A DNA stretch of 45,072 nucleotides from Octopus sinensis (Eukaryota). The stretch is taken from assembly GCF_006345805.1 (NCBI RefSeq), contig NW_021835190.1, forward strand, positions 1 to 45,072, read 5' to 3'. Positions 23,529-36,985 of the stretch are shown piece by piece. The notes below the pieces were generated by a model that saw only the letters and a program-made list of their open reading frames with translations, had not been told where the DNA came from and made no database searches. Position 1 is the first letter of the stretch. Each line of letters opens with the position of its first letter. Both the position numbers and the translations under genes were made by a program.

Positions 23529-23700
23529 GATATATAAGAGCATAGATCGTTGCAGACTAGAATCGGCGGTCATAGACAACAGAAATTCCCGTTTCACGTG
23601 CTTTCATCCTACTGCTAATCATCGCCATCAGTGCCTCAAACGATGCGAGATTTGAGTGCCATGCAGTGACAGGACTACTTCCCACTGATCATTCCCAATA
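23529..23700. repeat. Unclassified dispersed repeat, copy 2
   Basis: Matches 15018-15189; abuts a family C SINE head at about 23440-23520. Confidence 0.85.
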
Positions 23701-25684
23701 AATTACTTATTGGGGTCGATAAAATATGTATCAGTCAGTTCAGCACTATCCCCTTTCCGCGAAATTTCTGGGCTTGGAACCAAAATTTTAAACCAATATT
23801 AATGAAATTAGGGACTCTAACTAGCTATTATCGCACGAGAAGCAGATTCAGTTGTAGACCGGGTTTCTCGTAAAGTTTGATCCACTGTTTTCTTATGAAA
23901 AGGATGGACAGATACTACTCCACTACGTAGTAGCTGTGGTCAAAGAGATTTCTAATGGGCGAATTTGAAAAGCTCTGGGACAGATCCCAATTTCTCCAAC
24001 AACACTTCAAAGCCTTTAAGTATCACCCGAAGCAGAAGGCGTAGATGGAGGGAGAGAAGTTTTATTCGTGCAAATATGATGAAAGGCGAATGCTAATGAC
24101 AAAATAAGTATTTACTTATTTCTCAATTACATTCTGAGGAGGCGTGGTGGATGGCGGAGGGTGCAGGCACAAGTTATTTTGAGGACGAGTCATAACTTGT
24201 GATACGACTTAACTATTGAACTATTTTGTTGTTAGTAATGGACTGTTAAGTCCAAAAATTGTAAAATTGTAAGAGGTTAATACCTCGTTTTGTGTTTGTT
24301 TTTAAAAGAACAATGTTTTAGAGAAGCAGAAGTCGGCGGGCGCTTTTTGTCTTCTCCCATCGCCATCATCTTTCTTTCATTATCATTCATTTCATTAATG
24401 TCCTCGTCCAGCCCGCAAAGCTAACTTACTCTATGTACTGCCTTTATGGCAAATGTTATGAAATAAAGTATTTAATCATTTCTTATTGCTGGTATAATTA
24501 TTATTCATTGGCCGTGTTTGTCCATCTGATCTAAGACCCACTTTAAGCAAGCCACAGAATGATGTGGATGATGCTGCAGAAAGGCGCTGAAGAAGATGCA
24601 TCTACATAAATACCTGGACGATGACAAGAGCGCATATGATGCGTTGCCGTTCGTACCTTCGTGTATGTTTCTTCGCATCTCGTCTCTTTAAGAAACCTAT
24701 AATCCAAGGCCAAAGCATATCATTTGGAGTGTTTGGCCGGAGAGAGGCGTTTGCTCTTCTGATTTTTGTGGAAGGGACACGCTCCATCGGTCTGACTCTC
24801 CTTTTATTGTCAACCTCCACTGGAGCAAGCTGTCACAGATGCTGTGCGTCTATGCACTTGAGGCTGCGGCATATCTGGCATTAAATTCACCCCGGGTCAG
24901 GTAATTTTTTCCACAACTCGTCCTGTGTCAGAGTTACAGTTCTAGTTCAAGCAAAAACCGAGATTGGATGCTTTGCACGTAGAATATTGTCAAACGCTCA
25001 CGGCCCTCAACCAGTCAGGCAATGCGATTGGCAGACGTTCTACATTGCTATTGTATAGAGGTTCAGTGGTGGGCAAATGCGATAACATCCTCGAGGAAAC
25101 TCTGGCTGTCGATGGAAATTATTAGCATATATATATATATATATTATATATATATATATATATATACATTGTTAGCCCTTTGTGTTTTGTTTTTAGTTTA
25201 TGTATATAATATGTATATATATATATATATATAATATATCATATAATATATGTGGTATATATATAATATATATGTGTGTGTGTGTGGTGTGTGTTTTGTA
25301 TGATGTATGTGTATAGTATGTATCGGTTGGCGATTTTCTTCCTCCGTCTTCCTTTTGTTGGACTTGGGCTTCCTAAATTTATAATTTACTCACAAATTAT
25401 AAAAAAATTTATGTATATACATAATTTATTATAATTATATTACGTTTTTATTAATTTTTTTTTTTGGCAATTTACATAATCATTGATATTTTATTGTTAT
25501 TTTAATTTTAATATTTCTATTATATGTAATTTCTGGATTGTGTAATTTAATTCTTTTTTTTGAATTAATAAAAGGTGTTATTTCTGATTTTAATATATAA
25601 TATCTAAATTGTAATGAAAATTTGATCTAGTTTTACATTGAATTTTTTTCCTTGTAAATTTTGGATTTTTATATTGCCTAAATA

Positions 25685-25726
<42 letters not shown>

Positions 25727-27071
25727 CCCACTAGAATGGAGCAAGCGCTAATCCGAATGATATGATATATGTAAAAAATGTAAATATAAATAAATATCTA
25801 CAAATATGAACCATCTGATCTGATTACCTCAATTTCAATATATATATTACTATATATATATATATATTGAGAGAGAGAGAGAGAGAGAGAGAGACAGTCA
25901 GCCAGACAGAGAGTTTGACAGACATAGATGTTTATATACATATCTATATATACACATATATGTGTGTGTACGTGCGTGTGCATGCGCGCACGTTATCAGT
26001 GTTCGTGTGATTATGCGTTATTTTCAATTTAGACGTTTGCTCGATCTTATCGACTGCCATGCTTGTTGTGTTACAATTGAAGATGTCAGCGAGAACTCTC
26101 TGCTTCATATGTTATTAACTCAGACCACCTGAGTCAGAGTCACACGTAAACAGCAATAATTCACAATTGAAATAAAACATATTTTCTTAAGGGAAAGACA
26201 ATAGTACTGACTTAATAGCAAAAGTAGGCGTTTAGAATTAGAATTGAGATGTTTAGAATGAGATTTGACAAAATATATAAACAACTCCACACAACAAAGT
26301 CCTTTCTCTTGTTCTGAGCTATTTTGTTTTATTAATTTGATCTCCTGTCAAAATAAAATCGATATTACTTTAATTTGGACAAATTCAGTTGAGAAATTAA
26401 ACAAAGAGCGTGGTGGCATCGCCAGGAGTGAAGTTGGTGATGGTGGCGGTGATGGTGGTGATGGATGGTGACGGTGAGTGGTGGTGGTGGGGGGGAATGG
26501 AGGATATGTTAGAGGGATGGTGGGAGGAGAGATAAATGATATGTTTTAACTAATTACTAGTTCATTAATCTCTCACTTTCACTTTCGCTTTCTCTCTCTC
26601 ACACACACACATATACGCACACACAGAAACACACTCTGACTGGTCGTCTGTCTGCCTGGTTGCATGTCTGCCTGGTTGCCTGTCTGCCTGGGAGCTGCGT
26701 GTGATCGGTGTTTGGCTGGCCCTATGGTAAAACAATGGCGACAATAAATAAATAAATAATTGAAAACAAAAAAAATAACAAACTAAATAATCAAATTTAT
26801 AACAAAAAAAAAGAAGATATAAATGACCAATACTTATTAAAAGAGGTGATTTAATTAGATTGAAACATAGACACAAGGTTAAATTTCTTTTTCGTTTTGG
26901 TTCTTGCCGCTAATGTTTTGTCTTCTTCCTCATCCGTCATTTTGAAACAATTCGTTTCAAAATAAATGAAAAAAACAAAAGGAAAGAAAAGAACGACATT
27001 AGAGATTTTTTAAAATTAGAACTTTTAATTTAAAAATAAATAGAATATAAATAAATAGAATATATATATAT

Positions 27072-27138
<67 letters not shown>

Positions 27139-27143
27139 GTATA

Positions 27144-27189
<46 letters not shown>

Positions 27190-27243
27190 TAATATATATA
27201 TAATACTAAATATATATATATATATATATGTTTGTGTGTGTGT

Positions 27244-27550
27244 GGAGGCGCAATGGCCCAGTGTTTAGGGGCAGTCGTAAGATTCGCGGTCGTAAGATCG
27301 CGGTTTCGATTCCCAGACCGGGCGTTGTGAGTGTTTATTGAGCGAAAACACCTAAAGCTCCACGAGGCTCCGGCAGGGGGTGGGTGGCGATCCCTGGTGT
27401 ACTCTTTCGCCACAACTTTCTCTCACTCATTCTTCTGTTGGCCTGCTCGCTTGGCCGGCAGAGTGGAGTCATTTGAATGCTAAAAACAATGCGGAGCGCA
27501 TTGTGACCAGCATTGTGATAGCCTGGTCGGTCACGGTAATCACGGTGATA
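27244..27550 (+). mobile_element. SINE family B
   Basis: GGAGGCGCAATGGCCCAGTG...GTTTCGATTCCCAGACCGGGCG and conserved body. Confidence 0.9.
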
Positions 27551-27574
27551 TATATATGTACGTATATGTATATA

Positions 27575-27992
27575 GGCGTAGGAGTGGCTGTGTGGTATGT
27601 AGCTTGCTTACTAACCACATGGTTCCAGGTTCAGTCCCACTGCGTGACACCTTGGGCAAGTGTCTTCTACCATAGCCTCGGGCCAACCAAAGCCTTGAGA
27701 GTGGATTTGGTAGACGGAAACTGAAAGAAGCACATATATATGTGTATATATGTGTGTGTGTTTGTGTGTGTGTGTCTATGTGTGTGTGTGTATGTTTGTG
27801 TGTCTGTGTTTGTCCCACCCCCCAACATCGCTTGACAACCGATGTTGGTGTATTTACGTCCACGCAAAAGAGACCAATAGAATAAGTACTAGGCTTACAA
27901 AGAATAAGTCCTGGGGTCGACTTTCTCGACTAAAGGCGGTGCTCCTTCATGGCCACAGTCAAATGACTGAAACAAGTAAGAGAATAAAAGAA
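27575..27992 (+). mobile_element. SINE family A (head, internal TG/TA microsatellite, tail)
   Basis: Full bipartite structure matching 4717-5112. Confidence 0.9.
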
Positions 27993-28026
27993 TATATATA
28001 TATATTATATATATATATATATATCT

Positions 28027-28060
<34 letters not shown>

Positions 28061-28938
28061 GAGGTATCTTTACCTGGAACAATTAACACGGAAAAAGAAA
28101 TAAATAGTTACCAGGGCAGCAAAATCTCACAAGTAAAGATGTTGTAACTCCTTGTTTATAAAGGTTGAAACTTCGTGGTTTACGTTGACTATTTTGAATA
28201 ACATGAATAAAAAATGGGTTAACGCAGGTTTAAACAAGTATTTTTACTTTTCTACTCATGTTTCAAAAATTCCACTGATACTATTCAAAAGAATAAATGG
28301 TTAAACCAATGCAATCTTCTCTTTCGGAAAGTGAAAAAAAACGAAACTCGTCAATACGACATTTAGCAAAAATGATGGATTTGTATAGCGATACACAGAA
28401 CGCTTAATATTGTTTAAAAAAACGCGATATGATGTATAACGTCATAAGTAGCTAACAGAAAGAGTAGGGATATTAATAGTGAACGTTGTTAAATATAAAG
28501 GAAATTAAAGTTTAAATTATATATAATGATAGAGACTACTTATATGCACTAAATGTATGTTTCTGCCAATGCTTAGATCTGTATGCTCGTTCTATAACCG
28601 TGTTTACTAGAGTATTTTAGAAAAATAATGGAAAAATAGCTCAGAATTGCAGAGAAGACAGAATTTCTTGCCTTTGTCATATGGTATCGAAATTAAGAGG
28701 ATCAACCATTCTAAATGAAATTGTTCATTGTGGTTTTAAATCCCAAATCAGTTTGCTGAGACCGGTACTATTCCGTTTATTTCTATCCCTAAATGTTGAG
28801 TAATGGATAGAAATTCTTTTAGATAACTCTAACGATGTGCTTCCAATGTAAAATCGTACTTTATTACGAGTACTGATTATACACTGGTATATAGAATTTT
28901 AATCTTAGAGTTACTGACATAAATTTAATTCTATTGGA

Positions 28939-29270
28939 ATTGAATTCAGATACAATAACCTTGTTATTAATATTTCTAGAGTGTTGGATGGTATTAGCTA
29001 AATTCTTTTAGTATTAGTAAATGTATTAATATTTAACAGTTTGTTATTATGAGAAGATATAATTTGCAAGAGATTTTTGTGTTGAAAAACCTATCCTAAC
29101 CTTATGTGAATTAATTATAGAGTAATATCTAGAATTGTTTGGAAATTATATCCTCTCATAATAACAAACTGTTAAATATTAATACATTTACTAATACTAA
29201 CATTAATTTAGCTAATAACATCCAACACTCTAGAAATATTAATAACAAGGTTATTGTATCTGAAGTCAAT
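28939..29270. repeat. Long imperfect inverted repeat (arms ~127 bp, spacer ~77 bp)
   Basis: 28939-29065 is approximately the reverse complement of 29143-29270. Confidence 0.9.
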
Positions 29271-29275
29271 ATATA

Positions 29276-29572
29276 GGCGTAGGAGTGGCTGTGTGGTAAG
29301 TTGCTTGCTTAATAACCACATGGTACCGGGTTCAGTCCCACTGTATAGCACCTTGGGCAAGTGTCTTCTACTATAGCCTCGGGCCGACCAAAGCCTTGTG
29401 AGTGGATTTGGTAGACGGAAACTGGAAAAAGCCCGGCGGTTCGGCATAAGAGACCGATAGAATAAGTACTAGGCTTCTGAAGAGTAAGTCCTGGGGTCGA
29501 TTTGCTCGACTAAAGGCTGTACTCCAGCATGGCCGCAGTCAAATGACTTAAACAGTAAAAGAGTAAAAGAGA
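29276..29572 (+). mobile_element. SINE family A, internally deleted
   Basis: Head joined directly to the tail without the microsatellite spacer. Confidence 0.88.
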
Positions 29573-29678
29573 TAAAGATATATATATATATCTATATATA
29601 TATAATATAATAAATATATATATACACACATATTATACATAGATATATAATATAAATATATATATTATATATATATAT

Positions 29679-29828
29679 ATCTATACAATATGTTACATTA
29701 CTCGGTAGTCAAGATAAAAAACTCTGAGTTTTATCTTGACTACGAGTAATGTAACATATTGTATAGATAAATTTCCTTATTTACATAATACTGAGGTCTC
29801 TTTCTCTTTGTTATCTTACCGTTTTATC
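29679..29828. mobile_element. Fold-back fragment of the PLE pseudo-LTR seen at 15435-15550
   Basis: Palindrome 29679-29768; the right arm continues as the reverse complement of 15436-15500. Confidence 0.85.
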
Positions 29829-29831
29829 ACG

Positions 29832-29876
<45 letters not shown>

Positions 29877-30132
29877 ACACACACACACATATATATATAG
29901 GTTATATTTCGGAATGGTTTCATTTGCCAGTTTAGCCAATAAAATCTTGCACAACAAATACATATATATATATATATATATATATAATATAAATTAATTA
30001 AGGGTAGAAATTGATATTTATCAATTAAGACCAGTGGTCTAGCATATTAAAAAAGAATCCGAAGATTAAAAATTTATATATACCAATTAAGGACTGAACA
30101 CGAAAAGTGGACAGTCAACATGCTAGATAGAG

Positions 30133-30219
30133 ACGTCAAATCGCCATTCACCACAAAGATTATGTTCTCAGAGTTTGATCTGAGAACATAATCTTTTGTT
30201 GTGAATGGCGATTTGACGT
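30133..30219. repeat. Near-perfect 87-nt hairpin
   Basis: Arms 30133-30172 and 30179-30219, loop GTTTGA. Confidence 0.92.
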
Positions 30220-30245
30220 ATAATATACATATATATAGATATATA

Positions 30246-30293
<48 letters not shown>

Positions 30294-31096
30294 TGTGTGT
30301 GTGTATATACGTGCTTCTCTGTGTGTGCGTGTTTGTTTCCTTGTGTCTATGATTGTGTTATAGCCGTAAGTTATTAACTACATTAAGAAAATTAAGTTCA
30401 CCAGTAACAACCAAGCCTGTTGTTATGATCTCAACGTCAGCTAAAATAACATAACGTTATATACAAGAAGACACATCAACAACAACAGCAATATGAACAA
30501 CAATAGCACAGTTGTTTTTATTGTAACAATAGCAACAACAACGATTGCAACATTACCGACATCTTTGCTGGGAATCACAGTAGCAACAACAACAATAACA
30601 GCAACATAAGAAGATATCGCATCAACATCTACTAAGACAACATTTGGCAGCGCCAACAACTACGACAACAACAACAACAACAACCAAGAGGAATAAGAAC
30701 AACAACAATAACAACGAAAAGGGACAATAACAAAACAAACAACAATAATCTCTGGAACATTCTAACGTGATGATGAACAAAAGAGTAGAGAGATGAATTA
30801 AAATAGATAAAAACCCAAAGAAAAATTTTAAAAAGAAGCTATCTGAAACAGCAACAATAACTTGACAACAACACAACAAAACAAAGCAACAACAACAATA
30901 ACAACAACAACAGTGACTTGCGGTGTCAATTGCTGATTGATTTATCGATTATATATCGAATAAACCTCTGCCATGGAAATATCTCGAAATTTGATATTCA
31001 GTTCTATTTTGGCGATTTTGTATAGAGTTGATGACTCAATGTTTAAGACAAGATGGCGTTGATTATGTTCCATGAGCGCGTATGTATGTATATATA

Positions 31097-31148
<52 letters not shown>

Positions 31149-31254
31149 GTGTGTGTATGTGTGTTCGTGTGTACGTATATATATATATCTATCTCTCTCT
31201 CTATATATATATATAATACAATATCTTATCTACATTCATATATATATTATATAT

Positions 31255-31286
<32 letters not shown>

Positions 31287-31312
31287 CATACATACATACA
31301 TACATACATACA

Positions 31313-31343
<31 letters not shown>

Positions 31344-31675
31344 ATACACATATACACATATAGGTACATATGAACATAAAAAACTGCGGGCGTGGCTTTG
31401 TGGTAATAAGTTTCATTCCGAATCACAGGGTTCTGTGTTCAGTCCCAATATATAGAACATTGCGCACGTTTCTTCCCATACAGTTCCCGCCTAAAACTGC
31501 TTTATGAGTGGATAAGTTGCAGGTTTAAAAGTAAAGAATGAGAATCGATTTTTCTTCTTCGAGACGGTGCTTCTAGCACCCAATTCAAATGGCAAAAACA
31601 AGTAAAAGATACGCACTCACACATTATATATATATATATATATATTAAATTAAAACAGATTAGGAGATCGAAAAT

Positions 31676-31718
31676 CCACCTGACGAATGTCATTGAAGAC
31701 ATGAAACGATTGTAGTGG
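31676..31718 (+). ncRNA. Minimal type I hammerhead ribozyme, complete core
   Basis: CCAC-CUGACGA-AUGUC[AUUGAA]GACAU-GAAA-C-GAUU-GUA^GUGG; predicted cleavage after 31714. Confidence 0.85.
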
Positions 31719-31818
31719 GGTTTATTTCTTTATATTAAAATTTTTATGTATTGATTAAGTCTTTCCTTGTTTTGCAAATAGGGTTTTGTCTCGATTATAT
31801 ATATATATATAGGTTTGT

Positions 31819-31849
<31 letters not shown>

Positions 31850-32062
31850 ATAAAATATTAGGGAATAAATCCAAACTTACCGGAAAAATCAGATTTAGGA
31901 TTGAATCCAATTTTATAGTAAAATATTATATTATATTAAATTAGAGATAAAACCACTATTAGGCAAATCAAAACAATGAAAAACTTAAGCCATACATAAA
32001 ATTAATTAATTTATATTATTTTAAATATATATCAAAAATTATAAAAGTTTAATAAAAGATAA

Positions 32063-32098
<36 letters not shown>

Positions 32099-32342
32099 TG
32101 TATGTATGTATGTATGTATATGTATATATATACATAAATAGATAGATAGATATATTTTCTTAGTGGTCAGACCATATAGGGTCTACCTCTAGCATCCCTC
32201 TTATATATATGTAATATAATTTTTCTGAATAATGTTATAAAAATTATTTTAGCATTTTCTACCTTGAAATGTTTTTCCATATATATCAACTCGTGTGTTC
32301 CTTTTCAACCTTCTATATATATATATGTGTGTTTTCTTATTC

Positions 32343-32378
32343 CTTTCTGTTGAAGAGCGTAGGCTCGAAACCTAAAAG
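32343..32378 (+). ncRNA. Degenerate hammerhead motif (probably inactive)
   Basis: CUUU-CUGUUGA-A-GAGC[GUAG]GCUC-GAAA-C-CUA-AAAG. All helices present; A6 to U and GUA to CUA changes. Confidence 0.55.
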
Positions 32379-32446
32379 ACTTTCTCACTTTCTCAAGCGT
32401 CAAACTAATACACCTGCTTGTTGTTCATACAGTATTAGCTTTGTTA

Positions 32447-32842
32447 TCTTTATATATAAAAGTGAGGTTGTGTGCTGTCTGTCTCTTACGATTTAGATTC
32501 CTAACTACTCCCACATTTTGCGGTGCAGTTTAACCAAAACCGGTATCTCATAGACGGGATTCATATCGAGCCCTTCTGGGTATTAGCGCGCGTCTACGAT
32601 GAGTTTACGATTTAAAAATAAAATTACCATAAATTTTTCCCATTTTTAATACATTTTTTTGCATATATAAGGGAAGTAACTCTCTAAAAATTTATTATTA
32701 AATCACAGAACGTAAAAAGCTACAGTAACACCCCCCCTTTGTGGTTAGCCATATTGAGATGGCTATTATACTTTACATCTCTAAAAATGCTTATATAGTT
32801 ATTTCCCTTACAAACCCGAGCAACGCCGGGCGATACTGCTAG
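32447..32842 (+). mobile_element. Non-autonomous Helitron
   Basis: Begins TC after host A (A|TCTTTATATATAAAAG). Ends with hairpin CCCG-AGCAACGC-CGGG (32815-32830), then CTAG|T; no TSD. Confidence 0.85.
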
Positions 32843-32853
32843 TATATATATAT

Positions 32854-32907
<54 letters not shown>

Positions 32908-33101
32908 ACAAATAATACTAGAGGATTATCAATCCGGGCAAAATACTTCATTAGCTCTCTGTTGACACACCAGGCTAACAGTATTCTTTAGATTAATGAT
33001 GAACTCCAAGTGATCTTATGGCAGGATCCAAAGTAATGGCTCATCAAAATTTTATATTGTGAATCCGTGGTTGGTTTCTAGAAAAATCGGTATTTTGTCT
33101 A

Positions 33102-33335
33102 GGCGGCGAGCTGGCAGAAACGTTAGCACGCCGGGCAAAATGCTTAACAGTATTTCGTCTGCTGTTACGTTCTGGGTTCAAATTCCGCCGAGGTCAACTT
33201 TGCCTTTCATCCTTTCGGGCTCGATAAATTAAGTACCAGTTACGCACTGGGGTCGATATAATCGACTTAATCCGTTTGTCTGTCCTTGTTCGTCCCTTCT
33301 GTGTTTAGCCCCTTGTGGGTAGTAAAGAAATAGGT
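33102..33335 (+). mobile_element. SINE family C, full length (central domain possibly MetaSINE-like)
   Basis: GGCGGCGAGCTGGCAGAAACGTTAGC...GGTTCAAATTCCGCC...GCCTTTCATCCTTTCGGGCTCGATAAATTAAGTACCAG. Confidence 0.9.
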
Positions 33336-34189
33336 ATTTTATACAGGGTAATACCTGTAAAAGCAAGTTAATGATAAAGCTCATTACACTCTGTTTGTGT
33401 GTGTGTAAGTGCGTGTGTCTTTCTGTCTGTTCCCCACCACCACTTGACAACCGTAAGTCCCCGTAACTTATCGGTTTGGCAAAAAGGCGACGATGTAATA
33501 TGCACTAGGCTTAACAAAATAAGTACTGCGGTCGACTCGTTCGACTAAAGATTCTTCAACGACGGTACCCCAGAATGGCCGCTGTCTAATGACTGAAATA
33601 AGTAAAAGATGAAAGAATAGATTAACATGCAGGTCACGGTTGGAACGCTTCTGATAATAATAGTTTCTTCAGAGCCGAAAAACATCTGCCAACATCGAGA
33701 GTGCAAATTTCTGCCAAGTCGTTCGGTCACTCGCTTGAAACTTACTAAAAATAGCAGACAAATCCGTCTCAAATCATATACTATACTATATAAAGAAGAC
33801 CGCATTAGATGGGATGGTTACGGTTTGAACAGCTTTGATCTTTGGTATGCTCAATCAGGGCTGACCTGGGGCTAAATAACAGCACCAATAGCAGCAAGCA
33901 ACAGTAATGAAAAGTTAAAAGCGATAAGATAATGGGAATTTAAGTATAATTATAAACTACAAACACAATTAAAATCTGTAAGCTTTAAATAACCTGAGAA
34001 GGAGGTGTGACCCCTCTTCTTTGGAGATTACATTTGACTGTGGTTCCCCTGTTGATGGATCGATACTTGTCTAAAGACCTTTGTTTGAAATCGATCACGT
34101 ATGTGAAAGACGTTTGATTGTTGCAGAAAACTATAAATGTCGACATTGTGCGAGTTTGCTTGCATTATAGGAGCAAATATATAAAGTGA

Positions 34190-34629
34190 CGTTGGTGGCG
34201 GCGGCGGTGGTGGTAATGGTGGTGGTGATGGTGGTAGTGTGGTGGTGGTGGTGTGGTGGTGGTTGTGGCGATGGTAGTAGTATAGTGGTGGTGGTGGTCG
34301 TCGTCGTCGTGGCGATGGTGATGGTGGTGGTGTAGTGGTGGTGATGGTGGTAGTGTGGTGGTGGTGGTGGTGATGGTGGTGGTAATGGTTGTGGTAATAG
34401 TGGTGGTGGTGGTGGTGGTGGTGGCGATGGTGGTGGTGTGGTGTGGTGGTCGTCGTCGTCGTCATGGCGATGGTGGTGGTGCAGTGGTGGTGGTGCAGTG
34501 GTGGTGATGATGGTGGTCGTCGTCGTCACCGTGGTGATGGTGGTGGAGTACTGGTAGTGGTGGTGGTGGTATGATGGTGGTGGTGTGGTGGTGGTTGTTG
34601 TGGTGATTGCGGTTGTCATGCGGCAGAAA

Positions 34630-34683
<54 letters not shown>

Positions 34684-34775
34684 AAGTAGTAGTAGTAGTA
34701 GAAGTAGTAGCAGCAGCAGCAGCACCAGCAGTAGTAGTAGTAGTAGTAGTAGTAGTAGCAGCAGCAGCAGCAGCA

Positions 34776-34832
<57 letters not shown>
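34190..34832. repeat. Compound (GGT)n/(TAG)n/(CAG)n microsatellite
   Basis: Direct reading. Confidence 0.95.
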
Positions 34833-34833
<1 letters not shown>

Positions 34834-34984
34834 ACGGACGAAATGCCCCAGCATGACCGCAGCCACTGTTTGAAGCAAGTACAGGATAACACGTAAGGAA
34901 GCAAAGAAAAGAAGAAAAATTGAATAACGAAGGAAAGAAAGAAGAGTGAAAGAAAAATGTGGGGTAAGAAATATTGATTTCAAA

Positions 34985-35135
34985 TTTTGGCACAAGGCCA
35001 GCAATTTTTGGGGTTGTACTTATTTTATCAAACCCCGAAAGAATGAAAGGTAAAGCTGACCGCGAAGTAATTTGAACTCAGAACAAAAAACGGACGAAAT
35101 GCCGTTAAACATTTCGTCCGGCATGCTAATTACTC
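34985..35135 (-). mobile_element. Degenerate SINE family C
   Basis: TTTTATCAAACCCCGAAAGAATGAAAGG...GAACTCAGAAC...GAAATGCCGTTAAACATTTCGTCCGGCATGCTAA. Confidence 0.75.
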
Positions 35136-35752
35136 TGCTATAATATTTTTATTGATGATGGCCGAGAGAAGTGTCATCGTTGCGGTTCACCTCCAGGTCA
35201 GGCATGTGTGAGCATACCTATGATCAAAGGCTTTCCACCCGTGAACATCGCATCCTTTTTGGCCTTTCAGCAATTGATATTAGTTGATATTACATTAATC
35301 AGTGTACCACCCTATATTTTTTTTACTTCATTAAACGGTGATTATGAAATTTGGAAGAGAATTTGGTTGTTATTTCTAGCAAATTGAATGATCACATGGG
35401 AGCTCAAACGTTGATTGGTGGCGATGTGTGTTAAAAGTGCTCGTGGTAACGGTGTTTGATTTAGAATAATTGCGTAATGTTAATTAATAATCTAGTTATT
35501 ATTTAATAGACTTTCATCAACATCATCACTTTTATTGAGATGAAAATAGAAAGTAAAGCATTAGAATTCGACTAAAATAGGCTAATTAATTTAGTTTGCT
35601 AATTAAGTTAGGTTAATTTCGCTTACTATCAATTGTTTTTCAAATGCATTCAAATTACTTTGAATGCTGCGACAAAGGAAAATTTGTTCCTGTTTGTACC
35701 CATAAATCTATATCTTCTCACATACATGCATGTACATACATACATACATACA

Positions 35753-35933
<181 letters not shown>

Positions 35934-36409
35934 TTGCCTCTCTCTCTATATATGTATATATATATATATGATTATATGTTCATTCCATTCTGATGAAAGG
36001 AACTTGTATAATTACGTACTTCTACACAGAAAACTATGCATTCTTAATCATATACGTACACACTGACACAATCAACTGCACATTCTTATGCCTAGAACAG
36101 TAGATTTCTTCACATAACTAAATATTCCTCAATATAGACTGATACATTTCTAGATACGAAATGGAGGCACATAAAACGCGATGCAGTTAATAAGGTAGCT
36201 ATGATATCATTTGATACAATCCAATCTCCCTAGACGGCAATTGGTTAATTGTCAAACCATAGAGGCAGATTGGCTAATTGGTAGAGATCAATAAGAGAAA
36301 TTGCTTTGCAGTATTTATCTTAGGTTTCTGCGCTTCCAGTTCAAATTCCTTGGAGATCACTTTTGTTTATTTCTGCTCTTGGGTTCTCTGTGGTCTTTGA
36401 TGGTACACT

Positions 36410-36985
36410 TTTTTTTTTCAGTTCAATTTATATTGGCTCAAAAAGCAAAAGCAAGGCCATGTAGGGGGACAGGGAGTTATGTACAAGGAGGGTGGTCATA
36501 TAAAGAGTTCAGTCCATTTCTGGTCAAGAGAGACTTTGAACCGAGCGGTCGTCGGTATCTTCACTATCTCGTCCGGCAGCTTATTCCACGGATTCGCAAC
36601 CCGTACGGAGAAAGCCTCTCTCCTTCGATTGAGATGAAATCGTCGTAGATACAGCTTTTCGGAGTGATCCCGCAGCCGACGCTCTGGAGCTGGAGCGAAG
36701 AACAGCTCTTTTGAGAGGTTACACTTTCCGCTTATGATGTTGTGAGCGAGAATGAGATCACCACGGCGTCGTCGTTTTTCGAGAGAATAAAGGTCGAACG
36801 TATTCAGCCTTTCTTCATAAGACAAATGCTTGAGACCAAGAACCATGCGGGTAACCAGCTTCTGGACTCTTTCGAGATGATGTATGTCCTTGAGGAGATA
36901 AGGAGAAGAGGCTTGAATCCCGTACTCCAATATGGGTCTCACCAGCGTGACATAGAGAGGTAGGAATATGGCTGCTGTGAGCAGT
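36410..36985 (-). mobile_element. CR1-like LINE 3' fragment (ORF2 C-terminus, 3' UTR, A-rich tail)
   Basis: LYVTLVRPILEYGIQASSPYLLKDIHHLERVQKLVTRMV...YEERL...LEKRRRRGDLI...FSVRVANPWNKLP; stop at 36496; T-run near 36411-36419. Confidence 0.92.
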
